Below, one piece after another: positions 28,931 to 37,435 of a DNA stretch of 64,000 bases. Made by a program: the position numbers and the translations under genes. Position 1 is the first letter of the stretch, and each line of letters opens with the position of its first letter. Source of the stretch: an uncultured bacterium (lineage in GTDB: Bacteria; Bacillota; Clostridia; Oscillospirales; Ruminococcaceae); the NCBI GenBank assembly GCA_905214265.1, contig CAJMLQ010000002.1:8182-72181 (forward strand), read 5' to 3'. The notes below the pieces were generated by a model that worked only from the letters and a program-made list of their open reading frames with translations, was not told the DNA's origin and made no database searches.

Positions 28931-30172
28931 ATGGAATACATAACCGAAACCCGGCAGGTGCCGGTGCAGCCTTTCCACGACGTGATCGTGGTGGGAGGCG
29001 GCGTGGCAGGCGCAGCGGCGGCAGTAGCTGCTGCGCGGCAGGGAAGCAGGGTTCTGCTCATCGAAAAAAGCGCCATACTGGGCGGCCTGGCCACCTTGGG
29101 ACTCATCGCCTGGTACGAGCCTCTCTGTGACGGGGAGGGCCACCAGATGATCGGAGGCATTGCGGAGGAGCTTCTGCGGTTGGCTATCCGTTACGGCTAC
29201 GACAGCCTCCCCGGGGAATGGCGGGAAGGCTCGCCGGAACCCGGTCCCGGCGCCCCGCGCTACGCCACCCACTTTTCCCCCAACCTCTTTGCTCTGGCGC
29301 TGGACCGCTGGCTCACCGAGGCCGGAGTCGAGCTGCGCTTTGATATGGCCGGCTCCTACCCAGTCATGGAGGGCGGGCTTTGCAAGGGCGTCATCACCGA
29401 GAGCAAAAGCGGACGGGAGTTTTTTCCCGCCGCCGTGGTAGTCGACGCCACCGGTGACGCGGATATCCTTTCGCGGGCTGGGGTCCCCTGTGTGCTGCAC
29501 GGGAACAATTTCCTTTCCGTGGTCACGATGCGTGCGTCCCTGGATACCTGCCGAAAGGCGGCGGAGAGCGGCAACATTCTGCAGATGCGGACCTGGTTCG
29601 GCGGCGGCTCCGATCTCTTCGGAAACGGCCAGCCGGAAGGGGTGCCGCCCTTCAGCGGCGTGACCAATGAAGAGGTGACGGCTTTCCTTCTGGCCGGGCG
29701 TAAGCTGATCTTCGACAAGGTGAAGAACGAGGACCGTAAATCCCGGGACATCATCACACTGCCCGGCATGGCCCAGTTCCGCAAGACCCGGCGCATCCAG
29801 GGCGACTGGACTCTTCAGGAGTCCGACGTCTACCAGCATTTTGAGGATTCTATCGGCGCAGCGGGAGACTTCACCAAGAGGGGACAACGGTTTGAAATTC
29901 CCTACCGCTGCCTTCGGAAGACCGGATTCCCCAATCTCCTGGCAGCTGGACGGATCGTCAGCGCGGATGGCCGCGGCTGGGAGGTGATCCGGGTCATTCC
30001 AGTCGCCGCTATGACCGGACAGGCTGCAGGCACTGCCGCCGCTCTGGCGGCGCGGACCCGGACCGCCGTAGATAAAATGGAGATATCGCTCCTTCAGCAG
30101 ACGCTGGCTGCAAATCAGGTTCAGATTCATATTCCCATAGGCCTGGATAAACCAACCGTTCCGGCGGTTTAG
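28931..30172 (+). CDS. FAD-dependent oxidoreductase (PF12831-like)
   Basis: HDVIVVGGGVAGAAAAVAAARQGSRVLLIEK dinucleotide-binding start. RBS GGAGGTG before ATG 28931. Confidence 0.8.
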   Translation: MEYITETRQVPVQPFHDVIVVGGGVAGAAAAVAAARQGSRVLLIEKSAILGGLATLGLIAWYEPLCDGEGHQMIGGIAEELLRLAIRYGYDSLPGEWREGSPEPGPGAPRYATHFSPNLFALALDRWLTEAGVELRFDMAGSYPVMEGGLCKGVITESKSGREFFPAAVVVDATGDADILSRAGVPCVLHGNNFLSVVTMRASLDTCRKAAESGNILQMRTWFGGGSDLFGNGQPEGVPPFSGVTNEEVTAFLLAGRKLIFDKVKNEDRKSRDIITLPGMAQFRKTRRIQGDWTLQESDVYQHFEDSIGAAGDFTKRGQRFEIPYRCLRKTGFPNLLAAGRIVSADGRGWEVIRVIPVAAMTGQAAGTAAALAARTRTAVDKMEISLLQQTLAANQVQIHIPIGLDKPTVPAV

Positions 30173-30337
30173 ATGTTTTCCTGCCTGCATCCGCTTCCCC
30201 TCTGCTCCGCTTGTCCGAAGCAGGGGGGATTTTATGTAGCAGGATATTCCTGTTTTATAAGCGAAGCCATTTTTGCCGAAAATCCAGCAGGAAAGGGCTT
30301 TGAGGGGAATACCGTTCTTTTGCACGAATTTCGGTTA

Positions 30338-30366
30338 TTGTAATTTTCGCGGAGGATTGCTATACT
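30338..30366 (+). promoter_or_regulatory. Candidate promoter of the second ABC uptake operon (TTGTAA-17-TATACT)
   Basis: TTGTAA 30338-30343, 17-nt spacer, TATACT 30361-30366. About 115-nt leader before ATG 30483. Confidence 0.45.
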
Positions 30367-30482
30367 TGTGCCATCGTCAGGACCGTGTTCGGCTGTAGGA
30401 GCAGGCAGCGGAGATTTCCGTTTCCTCTGGACGGTCTGAGGCCTTCACGCTGGCGGAAACGGAAGCATACAGGAGTGATAAC

Positions 30483-31439
30483 ATGGACAAATCGATTACA
30501 AATCCCAGTGCCGCCAGCATCCGGGCGAAAAGGCGTTCCCCCACTCTGTGGAAAAACCTGAAACGGAGCTGGCAGCTTTACCTGCTGATCCTCCCCGCAG
30601 TCGCCGCAGTTTTTATTTTTAATTACATCCCTATGTACGGCGTGCAGATCGCATTTAAGGAATTTCGGAGCAGTCTTGGCATCTGGGGCAGCGAGTGGGT
30701 GGGACTCAAGCATTTTGTCCGCTTTCTGACCTTTCCGGATTTCTGGAATATCCTAAAAAATACGATCTCGATCAGCCTGTATTCTCTGGCGACCTTTCCC
30801 TGCGCGGTGATTCTGGCTCTGCTTATCAACGAGATCGGCAACGTCGCTTTTAAAAAGACTGTCCAGATGATCACATATGCGCCGCATTTTATTTCTACAG
30901 TGGTCGTCTGTTCGATGATCATTTTGTTCACCAACCGGAGTAACGGCCTGTTTAACAACATCCGTGCCGCCCTGGGGGCTGAGCGAGTGGATTTTATGAC
31001 GATCCCCAGTCTCTTTTCCAGCATTTACGTCTGGTCAGGCGTCTGGCAGGGGGTCGGCTGGGGAACCATTATCTACCTCGCCGCCCTGGCGGGCATCTCG
31101 CCAGAACTCCATGAGGCAGCCCGCATCGACGGCGCCAGCCGGTTCCAGATCATCTGGCACATCAATATTCCCGGCATCCTGCCGACCGTGATCACCATGT
31201 TGATTCTCAACACCGGGAACCTTCTGTCCGTGGGGTTTGAAAAGATCTTCCTTCTGCAGAACTCCTTGAACCTCAGCGCTTCCCGGGTCATTTCCACCTA
31301 CGTTTATGAAATCGGCATTCAGGGCGGACAGTTCAGCTATTCTGCCGCCATCGGTCTGTTCAACAACGTCGTAAACATCCTTTTCATCGCGATCGTCAAC
31401 CAAATTTCGAAAAAAGTTACCCGGATTAGCCTGTGGTAA
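30483..31439 (+). CDS. Sugar ABC transporter permease (LplB/MalF-like)
   Basis: Paralog of 12142-13092. HEAARIDGASRFQIIWHINIPGILP EAA loop. Confidence 0.9.
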   Translation: MDKSITNPSAASIRAKRRSPTLWKNLKRSWQLYLLILPAVAAVFIFNYIPMYGVQIAFKEFRSSLGIWGSEWVGLKHFVRFLTFPDFWNILKNTISISLYSLATFPCAVILALLINEIGNVAFKKTVQMITYAPHFISTVVVCSMIILFTNRSNGLFNNIRAALGAERVDFMTIPSLFSSIYVWSGVWQGVGWGTIIYLAALAGISPELHEAARIDGASRFQIIWHINIPGILPTVITMLILNTGNLLSVGFEKIFLLQNSLNLSASRVISTYVYEIGIQGGQFSYSAAIGLFNNVVNILFIAIVNQISKKVTRISLW

Positions 31440-31458
31440 ATCGGAAAGGGGCAGAATT

Positions 31459-32355
31459 ATGCGGCAAAGCCGTTCGGACCGGGTGTTTGAATGGGTCAAC
31501 ACCCTTATCATGATCGCAATCGTCCTCATCATGCTGTATCCACTCTATTTTATCGTCATCGCGTCGTTTTCAGAGCCCTATGACGTAGCAAAAGGAAACG
31601 TGGTCCTCCTGCCCAAGGGATTTACCCTGGAGGCGTACCAAAGTGTTTTTCGGGAAAAACTGATCTGGACCGGGTACCGGAATACGCTTTTTTATACCTT
31701 TTTTGGAACGCTCTACAACCTGGCGACTCTGATACCGGCCGCCTATGTCCTCAGCAAAAAAAAACTGCCGGGCCGTACGATTCTCTCTTGGTTCTTCTTC
31801 ATCACCATGTATTTCGGAGGCGGCATGATCCCGACCTACCTGCTGATGAAGGATCTCCGCCTCCTCAACACACCCTGGGTGCTGATCCTGGGCGGGGTCA
31901 GCTGCTATAACCTCATCGTCACCCGCCAGTTCTTCAGCTCCTCAATCCCAGAAAGCCTCTATGAGGCAGCTTATATTGACGGAGCTTCCGAGTTCAAGTC
32001 CTTTCTCCGCATAGCGCTTCCCCTGGCGGCGCCTATTATTGCGGTTATGACACTGTTTCACGCTGTGGGCCACTGGAACAGTTATTATAACGCCTTGCTT
32101 TACATCCGGGACCGGGAGCTTTACCCGCTGCAGCTGGTCCTTCGGGATATCCTCATCACCCAGAAGACCATGCTGGCCAACATCGATCCGTCTCAGGGCG
32201 CCGACGTGGTGGAATGGGCCGCCCGCCGTGCCTACCTGGCGGAGGCGATGAAATATTCTGTGATCTTCATCGCCAGTGCTCCGCTGCTGATCGCCTATCC
32301 CTTTGTTCAGAAGTTTTTTGTCAAGGGTGTGATGATCGGTTCGGTAAAGGAATGA
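31459..32355 (+). CDS. Sugar ABC transporter permease (LplC/MalG-like)
   Basis: Paralog of 13107-14000. YEAAYIDGASEFKSFLRIALPLAAP EAA loop. Confidence 0.9.
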   Translation: MRQSRSDRVFEWVNTLIMIAIVLIMLYPLYFIVIASFSEPYDVAKGNVVLLPKGFTLEAYQSVFREKLIWTGYRNTLFYTFFGTLYNLATLIPAAYVLSKKKLPGRTILSWFFFITMYFGGGMIPTYLLMKDLRLLNTPWVLILGGVSCYNLIVTRQFFSSSIPESLYEAAYIDGASEFKSFLRIALPLAAPIIAVMTLFHAVGHWNSYYNALLYIRDRELYPLQLVLRDILITQKTMLANIDPSQGADVVEWAARRAYLAEAMKYSVIFIASAPLLIAYPFVQKFFVKGVMIGSVKE

Positions 32356-32434
32356 TCTGCGTATCCGTATTTGCGCCGCTGCCAGCCAGCGGGCAATGAC
32401 GATAAAAACCAGAAAGAAAAGGGGAGTTCTATTT

Positions 32435-34180
32435 ATGAAATCGGTGAAATCAGTTGCCAGTATCCTTTTTGCACTGATCCTCGCCGCCTCCGCAGCGGGG
32501 TGCGGAGGCAGTCCCGTGGAATCGGTGCCAGAAGGTCCTTCCAGCCAGCCTTCGGAAAGCTTATCGGTATCCAATGAACCGGAAGTCCCGTCTTACCTGA
32601 ATCTCGACAGCGACTTGCCCGTTGTAAAAGAGGGCGAAACCGTTTCTATGACCATGGCGGTAGCCCAGTCTTCTGACTATGGCGACTGGAAGGGCTCCCA
32701 TTTTTGGAATTTTGTCCAGCAGAAGATGAACATCGACGTGGAAGTGGAGCAGATCTTCAACCGGGATGAGTACGTTCAGCTCCAGTTTGCGGCGGATGCT
32801 CTGCCAGACGTAATGATCGGCATGAACCTGACCACCGCAGACCAGATCCGCTACGGCATGATGGAAAAGCAGCTGATCCCGCTTACGGAATACGTCAACG
32901 ACACCTATATGCCGAATCTAACCAAAATCTATGCGGAAAACCCCTCCTGGGAGAGCATGATCAAGGCTCCGGACGGCAATATTTATTCCTTCGGCTATAT
33001 GTGGGCTATTACCAATGCTTCACAGTATCCCAAGCGCCAGATCAACACCAAATGGCTGGAAGGGCTGAACCTGGAAATGCCCACTACCCTGGATAGGCTC
33101 ATTGAAGCCCTGAGGGCGTTTAAGACGATGGGCGATGATATCGTCCCCATGGGCGGTTCCTACACCACCTATAATCCTTGCTATATCCTGCTCAATGCCC
33201 TGGGATATGTGACCAACGATTCCAAGGGGATCACGCCGGCTCTGCGAGACGGAGAGGCAGTCATCCCCGCCGGGGACCGGGAGCGGTACGGGGAATTCCT
33301 CAAGCTGATGAACCAGTTCTACAACGAGGGCCTGGTCTCCAGCGAATTCTACACCCTGGATGAAATCGGGACCCGCGCGATCATCGCTGAGAATAAGGCG
33401 GGGCTGATCAATACCGATGCCTTTATCGACCTTCCGGCTGTGGAAAGCTTCCAGCAGTACATCACCATGCCTCCGCTGACCAGCCAGTACTGCGAAGAAC
33501 CCTTTGTTATGATCAATAGCCCCATCACCACCGGCGGTTTTGTCATTACCAAAGAATGTGAATATCCTGAGGCAGCCATCCGCTTCGCCAATTATATTTA
33601 TTCCGACGAAGGGAACAATATGGCCTGGGTCGGCGCGGTGCGTGGCAGCGAAAACCTGCTGGAGGGCTGGGGCGGCTGGTACCTGGATGAAAACTACAAC
33701 CGATTGGATGTGGACCGGGTCGAGAATCCGGATTTGTACCCCAACGCCGTGGAATACCTCCGGAAACGGGTCGCAGGCTTCAATATGGGGGCAATCGGCC
33801 AGAATCTCAACGAGTTCAACTGGCGGCCCGAGGCCAACGGACTTCCGCCCCGCGATATGAAGGAAGTGTACCTGGCCAATCCCACCAACGGCGACTTCTG
33901 GTTCCGAGCCAGCGTCATCGACAATCTGATGCCTTACCGGACAGACGAGGTGTATCCCTACCTGACCTTCTTCTCCGAGGAAGAAAACAACCGGATCACC
34001 GAGCTGTCCACCGTTATCAACGCCCATATCCAAGAGGCATCCGCCAAGTTTGTGACAGGCGCGCGGCCCTTCAGCGAGCTGGATGCGTACTTTGACGAGC
34101 TGGACGCCCTGGGCTTTCAGGAATATCTGGGCTACTACAAAACCGCTTATGAAACCTATCTGAAGAACATGAATTCATAA
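32435..34180 (+). CDS. Extracellular solute-binding lipoprotein (large LplA-type)
   Basis: MKSVKSVASILFALILAASAAGCGG lipobox. RBS AAAGGGGAG before ATG 32435. About 580 aa. Confidence 0.9.
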   Translation: MKSVKSVASILFALILAASAAGCGGSPVESVPEGPSSQPSESLSVSNEPEVPSYLNLDSDLPVVKEGETVSMTMAVAQSSDYGDWKGSHFWNFVQQKMNIDVEVEQIFNRDEYVQLQFAADALPDVMIGMNLTTADQIRYGMMEKQLIPLTEYVNDTYMPNLTKIYAENPSWESMIKAPDGNIYSFGYMWAITNASQYPKRQINTKWLEGLNLEMPTTLDRLIEALRAFKTMGDDIVPMGGSYTTYNPCYILLNALGYVTNDSKGITPALRDGEAVIPAGDRERYGEFLKLMNQFYNEGLVSSEFYTLDEIGTRAIIAENKAGLINTDAFIDLPAVESFQQYITMPPLTSQYCEEPFVMINSPITTGGFVITKECEYPEAAIRFANYIYSDEGNNMAWVGAVRGSENLLEGWGGWYLDENYNRLDVDRVENPDLYPNAVEYLRKRVAGFNMGAIGQNLNEFNWRPEANGLPPRDMKEVYLANPTNGDFWFRASVIDNLMPYRTDEVYPYLTFFSEEENNRITELSTVINAHIQEASAKFVTGARPFSELDAYFDELDALGFQEYLGYYKTAYETYLKNMNS

Positions 34181-34271
34181 AAAACATCGGAATCAGAAGC
34201 ACCCAAGGGCGGAATTCCATCCGCCCTTAGGTGCTGTCCGGTTTTTTCAATAAAGCACAGGAGGACCTCCC

Positions 34272-36401
34272 ATGGCTGACATCAAGCGGAAAAGGCCCCG
34301 CCTTCTTTTTCAATATCTGTTTTCCTATCTATGTATTACCCTTCTCTCCTGTTCGCTGATCGGGCTTTCGCTGTTCAGCGTTTTCCTCCACGACCTGGAA
34401 CAGGAGGACCGCCGGTCCAATCTCCACAAGCTGGCCCTTGCCGCTGCGGATATGGAAAACCAGCTGGACATTCTGGAGGAGGTTTCCTACAAGCTGGCCT
34501 CTCAGGTTGTCTACCTGCCGACCTATTTGGAACAGAATCCTTATTATGAGATGGAGATGCTGGAGGATTTCAAGACCTATCAAAACATGTCTCCCCTGAC
34601 GCAGGAGTATTTCCTCCTGTATCACAGGAACGGCGGGCACCTCTACCGTTCCACCGGAACCACGGTTCCAACGGAGCTTTACATCCGCCGGGTGCTGGGA
34701 ATTTCCGGAGCGGCGGAGCTGGCCGAATCGCTGGTTAGCTTGGAACAGTTCTCTGTTTTTGACCCAGAGGAGGGCCCAGTGGTGCTGTTTGCCTTTCCGG
34801 TCCGGATGGGAGGCACCTCTGGCAACGCGACCCTGTGTTTTGCCGTGGAGCGGCGTGAACTCCTTCAGCGGATCACGGACGCCACCGGCGGGTTTGACGG
34901 GGCGGTGGAGCTCTTTCTGGAGGACCGGTCTCTTGCGGCCGATCCGCTTTCGCCAGAGGAAAAGCTGGTGGAACTGGCGTCTGAGGACGCGCCGGGTTCC
35001 CGGTTCCGGCTCGTTCTTCATTATCCGCGGATGCGGATCTTCCATCACTTTTCCGGATTCCGAAGCTTGAGCCTGGGCATTATCGGCGTCACCATCGCCC
35101 TTTTGACCGGAGTAGCTGTCTTCACCGCGTATCGGAATGTAAAGCCTATCCGTCGCATCAAGGCCGGATTGGCAGCCAAGGGCTTCCCAGGAGAGCCGGG
35201 CCGCAACGAGCTGGATGATATCGAAGACGCCGTATTCCAGGCCCTGGAAAACAATGCCCACGCCAACGAACAGCTGACGCAGCAGATGCGGGAGCTCCGC
35301 AGCCAGGCCCTTCGGCTCCTCCTAAACGGCGACAGCTCGGAGGATGTGGTACAGCGCCTGCGACTGCTGGGGATTTCCTTGGCTAATGATTTTTACGCGG
35401 TCCTGCTGATTCGCTTCCAGGACCGTGAGATCCTTGCGAATGATCCGGTCCTCGACTGGCTGGCGGATCTTTCCGATGGCAGCATCCGGTTTTATCCGGT
35501 ATGCGACCGGCAGAAAGGAGGTTCCATCGCCATTGTTCTGGAGCTGACCGGCGTCGCAGAGGCCCAAGAGGCACTGGAACTGACAGAGGCTCTGCTGGAA
35601 ACCAAGGGCCTTCCGGCAGAGCTGGGCCTTGGCGGAGCCTACGAGGCGCTGGGCCGTCTTCCGGCCTCCTATCTAGAGGCGACAGCAGACTGCAGGCGCC
35701 GTGCCAGGGAGGACAGTGTTTCGGAGGAGGAGCTTCTCACCTACGACAATCGGTATGTCCTTTGGATGCTCCGGGCCGTTCGCGCTGGGGACCTTGAAGA
35801 GGCACAGCAGCGGCTGGACGATTTTGTTGCGGAGTTGGAATGTACCGCACCGTCGTTTTTGCTGCAGAGGTATATCTTTTCCGATGTGATGGTGATGCTG
35901 ATCACGGCGGGCCGGGAACTGAACGTCCCCATCGGAAAGCAGCAGGCCGGGAAGATCCTCGGGGCCCAAGACCTCCCGGCCTTTCAGGAAAGCGTTCTCG
36001 CCATTGTGGAGGAGCTTTGCCGTGGAGAACAGCGCGGCCTGGAAAACGAGGAGCAGGAGTTTTCCCGCCGCATTCTGGCCTATATCGCAGAGCACTGCCT
36101 GGAATATGATCTGAGCCTGGAACGTCTTTCTCAGGAATTCGGTCGGTCGGTCAGCGTCCTGAGCCGCCTGATCAAGCAAGCCGCCGGAGAAAACTATAAG
36201 GACTATGTGATCCTATTGAAGATCGAACATGCCAAACACCTGCTGAAAGAGGGCTGTTCTGTCACCGAAACCTGCGAGCGGGTAGGATACTCCAACCTCT
36301 CCCATTTCATCCGGACCTTTAAGCAGGTCGCTGGATCCACGCCTTCCGCCTATAAAAAGCAGGCCGGCTCCGGGATGCCTGGGAGTATGGAGGGTACATA
36401 A
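34272..36401 (+). CDS. Membrane-anchored AraC-family sensor regulator (intact)
   Basis: Two TM segments flank a ~230-aa extracytoplasmic domain, followed by a long helical region and a C-terminal AraC HTH (LERLSQEFGRSVSVLSRLIK...VGYSNLSHFIRTFKQVAGSTPSAY). Confidence 0.85.
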   Translation: MADIKRKRPRLLFQYLFSYLCITLLSCSLIGLSLFSVFLHDLEQEDRRSNLHKLALAAADMENQLDILEEVSYKLASQVVYLPTYLEQNPYYEMEMLEDFKTYQNMSPLTQEYFLLYHRNGGHLYRSTGTTVPTELYIRRVLGISGAAELAESLVSLEQFSVFDPEEGPVVLFAFPVRMGGTSGNATLCFAVERRELLQRITDATGGFDGAVELFLEDRSLAADPLSPEEKLVELASEDAPGSRFRLVLHYPRMRIFHHFSGFRSLSLGIIGVTIALLTGVAVFTAYRNVKPIRRIKAGLAAKGFPGEPGRNELDDIEDAVFQALENNAHANEQLTQQMRELRSQALRLLLNGDSSEDVVQRLRLLGISLANDFYAVLLIRFQDREILANDPVLDWLADLSDGSIRFYPVCDRQKGGSIAIVLELTGVAEAQEALELTEALLETKGLPAELGLGGAYEALGRLPASYLEATADCRRRAREDSVSEEELLTYDNRYVLWMLRAVRAGDLEEAQQRLDDFVAELECTAPSFLLQRYIFSDVMVMLITAGRELNVPIGKQQAGKILGAQDLPAFQESVLAIVEELCRGEQRGLENEEQEFSRRILAYIAEHCLEYDLSLERLSQEFGRSVSVLSRLIKQAAGENYKDYVILLKIEHAKHLLKEGCSVTETCERVGYSNLSHFIRTFKQVAGSTPSAYKKQAGSGMPGSMEGT

Positions 36402-36404
36402 CAA

Positions 36405-36448
36405 AAACCAGGCGGCTCGGACGAATACTGTCCAGAACCGCCTGGTTT
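36405..36448. terminator. Bidirectional terminator between convergent genes
   Basis: AAACCAGGCGG (36405-36415) pairs with CCGCCTGGTTT (36438-36448). An inner GGAC/GTCC pairing extends the structure. Confidence 0.6.
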
Positions 36449-36472
36449 CAGGATGAGCCAGTTTGGGACACT

Positions 36473-37303
36473 TCAGCACCCCTTCAAAAAATGCAGCAGA
36501 TTTCCGGAAAAAATGGCCTCCTGCTCCTCTCCCGTAAGGCCAAGCTTTTGATATACAGCCTGATCCCCCTGGATCTGCCGGGCAACACGGGCGTCGTCGT
36601 AGCAACTGCTGGCATCCGTTCCGAACAAAAGATGGCTGGGGAAGGAGGAATATCCCACCGTCAGCACCTTCGTCAGTGCCTCTTCCCGGTAGATGGGAGG
36701 CGTTCCGGGTGTTACGTCCACGAACAATTCCGCTGTGATCCGGGTAGAGGACGCTTCCAGCTTCCAGTAGTTCCATTTTCCATACACCGCGATGAGCTCG
36801 TCCACCCACGGCCAGGAGATATGGGCCATAGCAAACCGCAGGCCGTCGATGTAGAAAAGATGCTCAAAATTCCCAGGCCGGTTGAAGTCTGCAGAGGGAC
36901 CGTCGTTATAGAGAATGCCCGAATGGAGCAGCAGCGGCTTGCCCTTTTGCGCAATGCGCTCCCAGACTTTCATAGCTCGGTCATCCTGAGGATAGTGGTG
37001 GCAGCAAATCGCCTTAAACCCCGCGATCCCGGCCTCTGCCGCCATATCGACCTGTTCCATCGCGTCTTCTTCCATCGGATCGATGAAGAAGAAGGGGAAA
37101 AGGTTCAGTTGTCCGTCCGTATACTGAAGGATGTCCTTTAGTCGCTTTTCCGCATCGCCGGGCCTAGCCTTATGGTTGCAAAAAGAAGCCGGTTCCCGGG
37201 AAAAGAGGATCCCGCCGTCGACCCCTGCCTGGCGGCGTTTCTGCGCGAAAAGCTCCGGAGCATCGCAGTTTTCGTTGTGGTGAATGTGGCAGTCTAAAAT
37301 CAT
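36473..37303 (-). CDS. Amidohydrolase-superfamily metal-dependent hydrolase (TIM barrel)
   Basis: MILDCHIHH N-terminal His pair. RBS GGAAGGAG before ATG 37303. Candidate promoter TTGCGG-17-TATTCT on the minus strand at 37360-37332. Confidence 0.7.
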   Translation of the reverse strand: MILDCHIHHNENCDAPELFAQKRRQAGVDGGILFSREPASFCNHKARPGDAEKRLKDILQYTDGQLNLFPFFFIDPMEEDAMEQVDMAAEAGIAGFKAICCHHYPQDDRAMKVWERIAQKGKPLLLHSGILYNDGPSADFNRPGNFEHLFYIDGLRFAMAHISWPWVDELIAVYGKWNYWKLEASSTRITAELFVDVTPGTPPIYREEALTKVLTVGYSSFPSHLLFGTDASSCYDDARVARQIQGDQAVYQKLGLTGEEQEAIFSGNLLHFLKGC

Positions 37304-37399
37304 AAGAATGACTCCTTCCGTTCTTTTCTTCAGAATAGCAGAAAAAATCGAAAACCGCAAGGCCCGGAACTTGACATTTTGGCAGCAAAATTAATAAAA

Positions 37400-37424
37400 A
37401 CAGGCCCACATGGTGCAGGCCTGT
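37400..37424 (-). terminator. Intrinsic terminator after the GH38 gene
   Basis: On the minus strand, ACAGGCC...GGCCTGT stem followed by TTTTT (the + strand A-run 37396-37400). Confidence 0.6.
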
Positions 37425-37435
37425 TCTGGGAATGG

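Noticed and set aside
30416-30464. Perfect 10-bp stem (TTCCGTTTCC / GGAAACGGAA) with a 29-nt loop in the 5' leader of the second ABC operon, considered as a riboswitch or attenuator
   Set aside because: No T-run follows it, it does not sequester the RBS, and I recognise no conserved riboswitch core. It is left unassigned.
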